Shown here piece after piece: positions 40,461 to 51,829 of a DNA stretch of 64,000 nucleotides. The notes beneath the pieces were generated by a model. The model was not told the DNA's origin, did no database searches, and was given only the letters and a program-made list of their open reading frames with translations. This stretch comes from Ptychomitrium polyphyllum (taxonomy: Eukaryota), in the NCBI GenBank assembly GCA_973851085.1, contig OZ316776.1, positions 11,160,001-11,224,000 of the forward strand. The letters are read 5' to 3'. The stretch's first letter is position 1; every line of letters begins with the position of its first letter. The position numbers were made by a program, and so were the translations under genes.

Positions 40461-42228
40461 TGGTGCGGTGTCTGTGGGTTTGGTTTTAGGGTTTAACTAT
40501 CTCTCTCGTCATGCAGTGTTTTTCTGAATCTTTAAAGTGTGGGCTTCTCAGAGTTCAATGAAGTCACTACCTTCCTGCTGATGCGTTTCCTAAGGCCCTA
40601 ATAAGCGCACGTTTCTGTAAACCAATATTAGAAGAGATAATGCACGAAGCTGTGAAAACTTAGTTTAGTTCTTTGCTTTGGTGTAAGTGAGAAATATCAA
40701 ATCCTCGTTGAGATTTGAACTCTTCGATCTGAAAACCATCTCCGGAGTTTGGATTGTACCAAGGAAGTCTCTGCAGCCACTCTGTACTTTGGAACTACTG
40801 CACTGCAATCAATGCGAATTCACTCCAGCAGGTTCCCAATCAAACAAGATTTGTTTACGAAAAGCACTGGGTAGGAAGTGGTTTCATCATGCAACTTCTG
40901 TGAAAACGAACAAATGATTGTACAATCTGGAGTGTACTGCAACTCCGAAATGATCCTAATATCTGCAATGCATAATATTCTTTGCCATGGAATAAATGTG
41001 TCGACAATCTGTCTATGAGGGAAAACAGTTCCCCACCTCCTGCAATTGATTGGTTCAAAGTGGATTGGTAGTTGCAAACTGCACATCGAGAGACACTGCT
41101 CGTCGATAGAGACACTGGTAATCATAAAGATACGGGCATTGCTACATTGACTTTCGTGTGAACCGGATTCAACAAAAAGTTGGGGGGGGGGTTGTGTTGG
41201 GGATTGCCCAATCGGCTGTTTTCAATCTGGATAGCTTTTACTGGGGTGCGTGCCCAGCATTGAAAGAGTCAGAAGACAGTGAGGAGACTATCAAGTGACA
41301 GGTGTGAAAATTTACTCTGCAAATTCATTGTAAGGAGAAATATTATATCGTACTGTATCATCCAAAGAGACGTTTCGTACAAATGATATTGTACCGTGTC
41401 TTACAAGTAATGGGCTGAGACATTCGAAATAAGAGTCTTTAGTTCAGATGCAAGGGTAAAAACCAAAAGGGCCAAAGTCGGAGAATGCAAGTTCATATTC
41501 AAACTGACGGACCAATCCAAAATCTGTTTAGATTTGCTTTTCAAGTGTCATAATATAAACTGCCGAGGTATAGCGGGAGCTCATTCTGTAGCGTCCCAGG
41601 AATTACAAGGCGATGACTAACTCAATTCTGTACACACTAACTCCGAACTTCCTTCAATTTCCAAGAGGGCCCTAAGCACTCCGAACTTCTGCGTCATCAA
41701 GCCAGGACTAGGGACACCTAACCTAAATCATTCGATAATGAATCATCAGGGTGAAAGTCTTCACATCTTCTCAAACTATAAAAATCATCAATATCCTCAA
41801 CGCAAAATCATCACATCCTCAATCAATTTCCTTCTTCATTGCATGCTCTTCAGCACAACTCTGCAGAATTGATTCGCAGCGATTAGTTTATATGCATGTG
41901 AAACGAACAAGAATGTAGAAGCAGCAGGGTCCAAACACAGTTCCGCTTGAGGACAGTAATACATCGTCACAGTTCTCATACTCACACTCCTGATATTTGT
42001 CACCAACTTAGGCTCACACTGACGCAGAGAGAATTTCCAGGTGTGAAATACTTGTGGCTGGTACGAACACAAAACTGTACAGGCCATTTAACAACAAGTA
42101 TACATAATCAGCCACAAAAGGAGGGGAGTATGGTGTATGCCTTGCCCCAAATGATGGAGAGCAAGGAGCACAACCCTAATGTACGAGAAAAATTGCATTA
42201 GAGGTTAAGCAACTCTACCCAGATGACG

Positions 42229-43343
42229 CTATTTGATGCTTCTGGGACTATTGAAGTCAGATAAATTTCGAGAATCGCCATCCATAGAGCTTCTAGGGCT
42301 GGCATTAGTATCTGCAGACCGACACTCAAACTTATGCCCGTCGCTCCAGTGCTGAACTTGACACTCTCGAGAGCTGGACAACAAAGCAATCCGGTTAGAC
42401 TGATAGGTTCTGCAAATAAAACTCCAAACATGACATGGACCTTGAAAATTAATGCGGCTTAATACGTCTTGAAATGTCTCCGAGAAAGAAAATTAGAGCG
42501 ATCGATAATTGTTAAATGTTTCCCAAACCATAGTACATACCAGTAGTTCATGCCCTTACAACGGGAGCATCTTCGTCTCGATCCTGTAGGTTTGCTACAA
42601 ACAACGCAGGTGAGACCGGACGGTTGTGCTTTTCTAGGAGAGAAACTCAAAGCTTCCTGCTTTAGAGCTTCCTCCTGTTTCCACCTCCTCTGTCTCTCCT
42701 CTTCTTCTGCCGCTGCTTGTCTTCGACGTTCTTCCTCCGCGTCTCTCCTAGCCTGTGCTTCTAGGTCCGCTCGCCTCCTTTGCCAGTCCTGTTCCTCCGC
42801 TCGTTTCTTCCTTATCTCGTGTTCTGCTTCCCTGCGTTTTCGCTCTTCAGTCTCGGTTCGAAGCTCCTCAGCCGCTGCTTGCCTCCTTAAAAACAACTCC
42901 GCTTCAGCTTGCTTCCTACGATCTTCCTCTTCTTCAGCTAGCCTTCTTCGATTGAACGCAGCATCACCGTGTTTCCTGCGATGATCCTCTTCTTCAACTT
43001 GTTTCCTCCTACGAGCTTCGCCCTCAGAGTCTCTCCATCCACCTAGCCCTACATCGACATGACGCTCGTTCCCATAGCCATTTCCAGGCGCTCCAGGCGG
43101 TCTACGACGAGGAAAATCTACACCTTGAGAGTCTGCCGGCTTATGCCGCATGTACTCCTGTTCCAACTCTCTCTCAGCCCGCTCATGCTCCTCCATTGCC
43201 AAGCGCCGCAGCCTTTGAAACTCAGCTCTACGAACATCGCTTGATCTCGCGTTTTGTTGTAAACAAACCCATACTACTACCCCAATTGCTATTAGAGGTA
43301 TCAAAACTACAGCAGGTATGGAGATGTCTAAGATTTCCCACAT
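42229..43343 (-). CDS. N-terminal TM anchor + E/R-rich helix + MYND zinc finger protein (UBP15-19-like N-terminus, no USP catalytic domain), ~315 aa
   Basis: Exon 43343-42541 (TG|GTATGT) joins exon 42373-42229 (CCAG|C). This completes the MYND finger CVVCSKPTGSRRRCSRCKGMNYCSRECQVQHWSDGHKFEC, and a TAG follows 30 codons after the finger. The TM followed by RRAEFQRLRRLAMEEHERAE resembles plant UBP16/17 N-termini. Confidence 0.8.
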
Positions 43344-44326
43344 CTTAAAACTATTTCACTTCCTCCACTTTCAGGCATCCAAGAATCCACCGCCCTTCAA
43401 GATCCTCCCAGCACACTCTTGAGCCCTAACAACTGCTCAAAATCCCACACTCTAGACAAAACTATCTCCGAAACCCTGAATCCAATTTCAGATAGCAAGA
43501 TCAGTACGCGCGCTCAATGACTCCCAAATCAACACACGAACAGACCACAGAGCTCACAAGCAACCAAACACCATATCAAACACCACTTGGAAAAATTTCG
43601 AGCTTCGAGCGAGTGATTTCAAGCAAAACACACAAATCTCCTCACCTCTGGCTGAAATCAACGACCAACTAGCAACTACCTATTACACAACCCATATAAG
43701 TACAGCATTGTACAGACACACGCTATAAACGTCGCCAGATCCCAGCTCCCCAGGCAGTGAATCTCATTCCACGACACCTTACCAATACGCACTAACACCT
43801 GACAACACTCCCTATCGTACGCTTTTCAAAACGAAGGGCTCATCAATGGCCTCACGACCGCGTCGCAACAAGCAATCCACAACGAAATCAACTCACTCTC
43901 ACACCCACCTGAAAACCGATCAAAGCCACACCGTCTGAACCTCCAAACTCATCCGTGCACGCACTCCGAGAAATTCGTCTGAAAGACCTACACTGATAGT
44001 ATAGAGTATATTCGAAGCTCAACGAGAACAGCGTGCACATGCAAGCCAGTTAAACCTCAACCACTGCTGATCGATGCTCACCACACAAGCCACGAGAAAC
44101 AACCAAGAGATCTATCACAGCACTGGTGATGCTCGCGTTCGTTCTCTCAGGCTTGTTATAGAACCATAGGAGCATCTCTAATGTGATGCGAACATGCACA
44201 GGAAGGCTGGCAAGCTAGGCGCCCCTTTTTTTGGTGAGCTTGCAAAGGCAAACCACGGCGCCTGCCTGCAAAATGCTACAACGGCTATGCGAGGAGCACG
44301 GAGCCTTAACCGTCGCCTGCAACTCC

Positions 44327-44356
44327 TCGCTCAGGTTCGCTCAGGTTCGCTCAGGC
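44327..44356. repeat. 10-bp tandem repeat (TCGCTCAGGT) x3
   Basis: tcgctcaggt tcgctcaggt tcgctcaggc. Confidence 0.85.
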
Positions 44357-45051
44357 CAGAATTCTAACTTAGCGTAACTTATTGTAAACTCCGAAACAAC
44401 AGAGCTCTCTGCGAGTTCAGATTCTCAGTCCAGTTCGAGTGGCTTTGAATCTGGGCTTGGCTTGGCATAATGCGCACAACAGGGCACCACAGGATGACTT
44501 AGGCACGCAGACCGAAAACCGTCTGTGTCCTAATAAACCCTCGTTATCTACCTTGTACACTTGTCTTTTCTCAAGTCTACGACAGCCGTAGATTTTCAGA
44601 AGTCATGGACAGTGACTGACCGTCATAACGCTTGAAACCGGTGTTATCTATGTTTTTTAGATTTGTCCGACCCATATGTATGCAGGGAGTGGATGATGCG
44701 GGTTTTGGGTACAGTGACGGGTTTGAATAGACTAGCAATACAGTACAAGTGGGTTTGACCTCACATGCTCCGGAGATTTGGCCAACAGATTCAGATCTTA
44801 GGTGAGGGGTTAGTGCTTACCTATGGTGGAGGGTAGGATGATTGGGGCTTTGTCCTAGGGTGGTGGGAGGGTGAGGGGGTGTTTAGGCCATGGGTTTTGG
44901 GGGCGCAGTTCGAAGAGGTTGTGGGGCGGGGGTGGGGTGATTGGTTGGGAGTTTGATGGAATGATTGGTTTCTGTTTTTGAGGTGTGCAGGCGTTTGGGT
45001 TGTGAGGTGGGTAAACTATGGGGTGTCGTTGGAGGAACCTTGCTGAATGAG

Positions 45052-45105
45052 AAGTATGCTTGGCATCCTAAATATGCTTGGCATCCTAAATATACTTGGC
45101 ATACT
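45052..45105. repeat. 18-bp tandem repeat x3
   Basis: aagtatgcttggcatcct aaatatgcttggcatcct aaatatacttggcatact. Confidence 0.85.
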
Positions 45106-46641
45106 GAATTGGTAATTTTTATAGGTTCATATAATTATGCAAATGAAGTGAATATCTTTAATATTGTATTTTCTCATGTATTTAAGTACAAAATATTCAT
45201 ACTAGGATTATTCTTTCCAATAATTGTGTAGTACTTTTATAATGGTTTTATTTATTTTGAAATAACATGTGTTTTACAAATGAAGCTTTTTCAACATGCA
45301 TGTAATGTTTAAACTACAAATGGTGAAATTGGGCGTAAATACTTTTGTTCTTTGGCAGTAGAAATCCTTTGAACCTCACATGATCTAAAGCTTCATATGC
45401 GCTAAACATTTTTTGATTATATGCAAGTAGGCAATTTAACAAATCAAATGTTTTTCTATATCATAAAGGCTTTGCTACAAGTCTTGCTAATTGAAACATA
45501 TTTTTTAATTTGCTAAATGGTTGTATTTTAAACTTATATTATATTCTTGACTATTTTATTAGTGATACAAATTTTATAAAAGAAAGATTTATTTTGAAGG
45601 AATTCTAACATGATGCAATCTAAAGACTACATATGAATTAATATGTAAAAAGTATTTATTGAATTAAAGAAAAAATTCTAGTGCTTTGCATAAAATATCT
45701 CATCATTATACTTTTGGTATGTTTTTAAAAAACCTATAATTGTATCAACATGCCATACCAAAGTTTCATATAATTATTTGTTTACAATTGTTTATGAAAA
45801 TGTTGAATGGCTTCAAATTCCTAAGTAAAATTTCATTGTTATTTATGTTTGATGCCATGGTCAATCAATTAATCATAACATTTAAATTACATGATTAGTT
45901 CATGGCTTTCATAGATTCTTTAAAGTTGCTTTAAATATATTCCATTATCAAACAAACCATCATGTTTAAAACATATGTATTCAAAAATTAAAAATAAATT
46001 AAACTCTTTTCTTTCCTTCAAAATAACAACATTTTACTGTATAATTTGATAAATGACAAAATGATTGTAAATTTTTTTATCCTTTAAAATGGTATTATTG
46101 GAGAATATTTATTTCTTGTCAATTTTGCTTTGTTTATGGCAACAATTTCAATTGATTTTTTGAAGCATGTATACAATATCAGTTCATAAGATCCTTTGCT
46201 ATCTTATTTAGTATTTCAAACTCATTCAATAATTTACTCCACGATAGTGATGTAAATGTCTTAAATTAATTTTTTTAAATGAAAAATGAAATTATTAATC
46301 AAAATGTTTATTTTTATTAGATTCTTAAATTGTATTGTATATCTTTTTTTTTAAAGTTCATATAATTAAATTTTTAAAAATCATATTCTTCAATAGCCTT
46401 CTTTATGAACATGTACAATATAATTAAAAAATATTTAAACAAAAGATTAAACCAATTTAGGTTTGCATTAAAGAAGCAAATTACTCCTAATTTGTTGGAA
46501 TTGATCAAGAAATGATGGAAGAATATTAATAAGGATTAATTTCACCTTTAGAATAGAAAAACTATTCAAATTTGTTCATTTCGAGTGATTTTGTAAATGT
46601 ATGTTATACCCTTAAAATCCAAAGATGTAACTTAAACATTT

Positions 46642-46673
46642 TCACATTCACATTCACATTCACATTCACATTC
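46642..46673. repeat. (TTCACA)n microsatellite
   Basis: About 5 perfect units of ttcaca. Confidence 0.9.
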
Positions 46674-47377
46674 TGTCCAAAGCTAATATTACTATGCCTG
46701 TGAATGCAAAAACTCATTTTCTTAGATAGAGTTCAAATTGCACACGCCCCTGCGAACACCAGTTCCACCTAAGTATCACCTATATATCTATCAAATAATC
46801 GACACAGCAAAGCACCCGAAGCTCCTTGCGCTGCCACGCAAGCTTCCAAGCAAAGCTCGCAACGTTAACTTTTCAGGTCATCCCAAGGGCATGCTCATGC
46901 ATTATCACTGCAATACTCGTGTGATACCCAGGAGGGTATCATATATGGTGCGAACTGCAGTGCGCCGTGTCATGGCGTGACGCCTCAAAAGCTCAAAACC
47001 TTCGAAGGAACCGGTTGTCCTCTAGACGAAATCCTGCACGCGCAATGGCGATGTCGTATGAGATGTATTCCTTAAACCGTCGCTGTTCTCTAAACCAATC
47101 CCATCTACGAAGAGCCAAAGTCTCAAGCATCAAATCTATAAATTTCGTAGATATGTGCCATTTCAGATGTAGTGAAGTCCGTCACCGGAAATGAGACCCT
47201 CATCATCTAGGTGTGTAACGTTTTTGCTGAGTGAGGTGTACGATCTCGGTAGATAGGGCTGGAGTTGGGTTCAAAGACGGAATTAGGTATGCAGCCGTGA
47301 TCGTTGGCATGAGGGGCATGGGAGGAAGGTTTGTGGGAATGACGGCGGTTATGGAGAGATGGTGGACTGCAGTTTTC

Positions 47378-50300
47378 ATGGCTAGCATGGGCGATGGCGC
47401 AGGATATGACCTGGAGAAGCAGTGCGAGGCGGAGCGGAAACGAATCCAGGATCCGAAGAAGTCTGCGGAAGGGCAAGGAGGTATTCTGCAGTTTGGTTCC
47501 GGCACGTCTGAGGTAAGCGGCCAGCTTGCAGTGATTGCACTGACTGGGTCTGGAGTTCAAGAAGCGGAGGCTTCGGCTGGAAGAAAGGTAGAGAATTGGC
47601 TTGTGGAGTTCGTTGTGGACTTGCTGTGAGTAATGATGAATTGTGAATTGAAGCGCCTACTGGAGTTTTGGAATGTGTATGTATGTAGTGGCGTTTTGTG
47701 AGCATGTAGTAGAATGTCATGGAATGACTTTTTTTGACTGGTGATGTTGATTGAGAGTTTTCGCCAGGAGCTACCAAGAATAAGGTTTAGGGTTTTGTAA
47801 TGTGGTTTTAAAAGCTTAGCCAGGCTAATGTGATGTTAGAATTTTCCTGTATGCAGTGTTGGATATTGTGTTCTCGTCGTTGAGAGATTTGCCTGCTAGT
47901 TTGGCTATGAGCTTTTATTATCATGAAAAACTGGCTCGTGAGTGACTGTCGAGGATTTCTGTTTTGTTTAACTCATTTCTGGAATGAGTATTTTGATTCC
48001 GCTATCATGCATTTTTCTGGATGGAGTTTTTCGGTCTGCGGATTGTGGAAGAATCTTTTTTGGTCTTGATGGGTTGAGGCTCCTGTTTCATTGCTGTGGT
48101 GCAGCTGTTGGAGAGTGCATTTAAGAAACAAACTGTTGGACTTGTGACACAGGAACAGTTTGTGGAGAAGGTAAGAAACTTATCTATACCTTGTTGGCCA
48201 TTAGATGAAGTCTGAAATTTTTTAGGATGTTAGCCATACCAATGCAAGTGTTTCTTGACGTGTAGCCTTCTTTTTACCTGGAGTATCTATATTTCTGAAT
48301 TACAACTGCGTGGCTGTCGGTGTTGTCTCTGGATTACTTGATTGATTATCGTGAGTGCGTGTGTTACAGAGGGTGAATCTGAGATCAAACTTGAAGAGGA
48401 GGAGAATGAGAAGCAGCACAAGCTCGCTCTAGAGTATTTATCTGTACATTGTTGCTCACTAGGCAGGAAAATTGGTTGCATCCAAGGGATTTCTGCTCTT
48501 GCACTACTTCGAAAGGATGTCTTACTTTTGAGCTTCTGAAGCTTAGAGGTAAGCTCAATATAACTTTGGTTCCGCAGAGAGGAGCGTAGACACGTTCAGA
48601 AACGGAAAAAATGGAGGGTCAAAGGTCCTTCACGGCTTTCTTTTGCTGATGAAGTTGATGAGGACGCAGAAGAAAAAAATGAAGCAAGTGGTACATAGTG
48701 ACTTGCACCAGCTAATGCTTGCTTGTCTTTAGAAAAGCACATCTTCTTTGCAATTTTATTTTGCAGAGCTGAAGGTTTTCTGAGATTTTTCTCACCCTCA
48801 GTTTCCTTCTAATACTTGTTGAAGTCGGAAAAACAAATCGTCAGCATTGAGGTTTCACGGTTCTATCTGAACACCGATAAATGGGTACTAAATTGACTGC
48901 TTAGTTTTTACTCTTTGGTCTTCAGTATTCATGGCTTGATAGTGTTGGTGTACTAGTTGCTGATTTCTTCTTGTGTGCTGATTTACTTTGATTTCGTTTG
49001 TAGAGAAACAAAAGGAAGAACCTACGAAACAGCAAAAGCTTGGCAAATTTGTTAAAACTCCAGGTGTAATGACCAGCTTCTTACTTGACAGGTATGATGA
49101 TTGTACTTCTCTCGATCATCTCACATTCATCACCTGCTATTGATGGGTGGCAGTTGGTATCTGGTGCCTTGTGTGACGCTCGGCCATGTTACCAGTTACC
49201 AAAGCCGGATGAACAAGGGCGTAATCTGGCGAAATTTTTATCTCAGGTTTCTTAGGCATGGGATGGCATATTTTAGTTCAATAGTTGGGTTACTTTTGCT
49301 TTTAAGACGAGCAGCTCGAATCAGTTATTTAAAAATATTTGATGGCTTGCTGTAGTCGGCCCTTTTTAGAACTGATTTCACACAATCCAGCCATAAAAAC
49401 TTACCATGCCATGAAGAGTGTTGAGGGTGGAACTGCAGAGAGCGTGATGCTGAGGAACAAGCTGAGAGAGAGCGTACGCGGAGTGAGTGGCTTCAACAGC
49501 AATCCCGCATCAAAAGTACTTCCATCGTCCATGTCCTTTTCCGTTTTAGTTTAGTCCCATGGAGAAGCATATGCATCCGAGAAGGTAGTCAACTGGAATG
49601 ATATTTCTTCAATCGTTGCATATTTGGGACTTCAACATAATTTTAAAATTCTGCTTACAGATGTGCTTTTGGAGACAACGTCTAGTTACTGGGATAGAGC
49701 TGGTCATCGAGTCATACTGGTTGTCTTTCATTGACAGCTATCTTTTGATAGTGTTTCACATATGCTCCAGTACATGAACGAGTGTGATTCTGTACCATAG
49801 AGCACCTGAAAGTCACTTTGTATGAAGCTCCAGTTTGAGTTGGGGATGGTGATGATTGCAGAGTCGCAAAGGTGACATAATAGCGGAGTTTATGCTAGCT
49901 GTTCAACAGCAGCTGGCCTTAAAATTTCAAGAGACTCGCACAGCATCGGTTGAGAATCTTCTCTGTGTGAAGGAGGGTCTTATCATTTCCCGTGTAGGCC
50001 TTTACTTTCTATTTTACTTTGTTTGGTTGTTAAAATCAAGTCTATCACATCGGTTCAACCTCGTTGTGAGTAACATCTAGTTAGCATAATTTTGCAACAG
50101 TTATATCTTGCCGTGACCTTATAATTAAAAAGAGGGATCCACAACGTGTGGCGAGTAGTCACATGCGACGACAGGGTTCTCGATTCAGCGGATTTTGAAC
50201 TTATTATTTACACATTTTGCGGGCCGGTCCGCCTGTTTACTCTGCCTTGAGTTTCAATGCTTTAGGCCTTGAGTTTAGATCAATACTTGAAATTTGAAGT

Positions 50301-50810
50301 TGAGAAAATATGACAGGATATTTTTCATCAAAACTTCCCTAAACAGCTGTCAAGAGGAATGGGTTGTTATTATTTCTTGTATGACTCTTTTAAGAATTGC
50401 CGAGTTTGCAGCTTTTTCATTTTGATATTTGAGCAATAGCAGACGCTACGATTGACAAGAATGAGGTGCATATTGGATTCTGATTGAGGTTTATAATTTC
50501 AGTGCTGCTTGTTATTAACCTGTGGAGTGTCAGCACATTCTTTTCGTCTTTGGCTAATACATGTATGTATTTTGATATTGTACCAAGTCTTACAAAGTAA
50601 GTTGCCGTGGTCGTGACAGTCTGTTTCTATTCGACAGCCGCATGCTGGACAAGTTGTTGAGCGTCACTGGTTTTAAAAGCAAGCATATCTTTTCAGTTTC
50701 AAAATGGGAGGTGAGTTTAGGATTGAAGCTTGCAATGAGCGAATTGTACATGTGCAGGTAATATATAAATCTACCCAAAAATATTTGGATTCTCATATTC
50801 ATGCAGCGCT
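47378..50810 (+). pseudogene. XCT: XAP5 CIRCADIAN TIMEKEEPER (FAM50/XAP5) duplicated pseudogene
   Basis: Ordered exon remnants with introns: MASMGDG..EKQCEAERKRIQ..ILQFGSGTSE, LLESAFKKQTVGLVTQEQFVEK, KGPSRLSFADE, ERDAEEQAERER, SYWDRAGHR, RKGDIIAEFMLAVQQQLA..RTASVENLLCVKE, LFHFDI*..IADATIDKNE, HAGQVVERHWF*. Lesions: an apparent 1-nt deletion at ~48385, TGA at 50430-50432, TAA at 50674-50676 with a frameshift, and an N-terminal deletion. Confidence 0.88.
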
Positions 50811-51829
50811 GTGTACACCATGCAATATACTTCAGGTTGATATCTCATTCTTTGGTAACTCATGCACATTACGCCTTTTTGTGTTCCCAAGTCTTTGATA
50901 CAAACTAGCTTCAAGTGATGTTATTGTACGTCATATTTAGGATAATTTCAATGTATGGTATATAACATTCGTACATTGGAGAGAGTATTATCCTTATAAC
51001 TACAAATTATTTTTTTGGATATTTCCAACTTTGAAGAAAAGTTACTAAAGAAAGTCTAGTCTAACTTGCAAACACAAAAGAATCCACAAGTATCCATAAA
51101 CATTTGGTTAGAATTTGGCTCACATTATCACACATTAGGGCTAGAGAGAGGTTCTATATAGAACATTCAAGCTCGCACAATCCCATCATATCTTACGGTA
51201 ACTTGTAAACAGGTACAGTGATATTTGGTTGAAAAAGTGAGTCAATAAAGAAATAGCAATAATAATAGGCAATTAGAAAGGTGCATCTGAAGTTGGCACC
51301 GTAACCAAACACTTTCCACAGAAACATGTGGCAGAGCGTTGTACAAGACAGAACTTTCCCATACTAACCACTCAGCGATCATGTCAAAACAAAAATCAAG
51401 GAGACTATACAGAGGGCTGGCACTTGCGCACAAACATAGTCCAGATACATATTGAAGAGCCGTGGTCCTAACGGAGAACTGCAGTGCGTCGTCGTCGAGA
51501 CCTCCTGAACTGAAAATATAGTACAAGGAAGCTCATAGCGGAAGTGCAGCTGAGCTCGTCTGTGACCGCAAGAGATGACCTAGAGGACAAACACGACCTC
51601 CATTGCATCTACCAGAGCAAAAATATCATCACAGCATAGCCCAACTAAGGCACAACATATAGAAAACTCGATTACCCTCTTGTAGCCAGCTGATAATCGT
51701 AGAGAACCAATCAATAGGCTCAAATGGCCAGACCCGAACACACCCTTGTAAGGTCCATGGATAGGCCGCCACTTCCAAGTGGGTAAGTATACCAAGAATA
51801 TACATAAAGATCCTGCACCAAATCGAGAC

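Noticed and set aside
42550..42984. 144-aa plus-strand Ser/Leu-rich ORF
   Set aside because: Antisense shadow of the E/R-rich exon.
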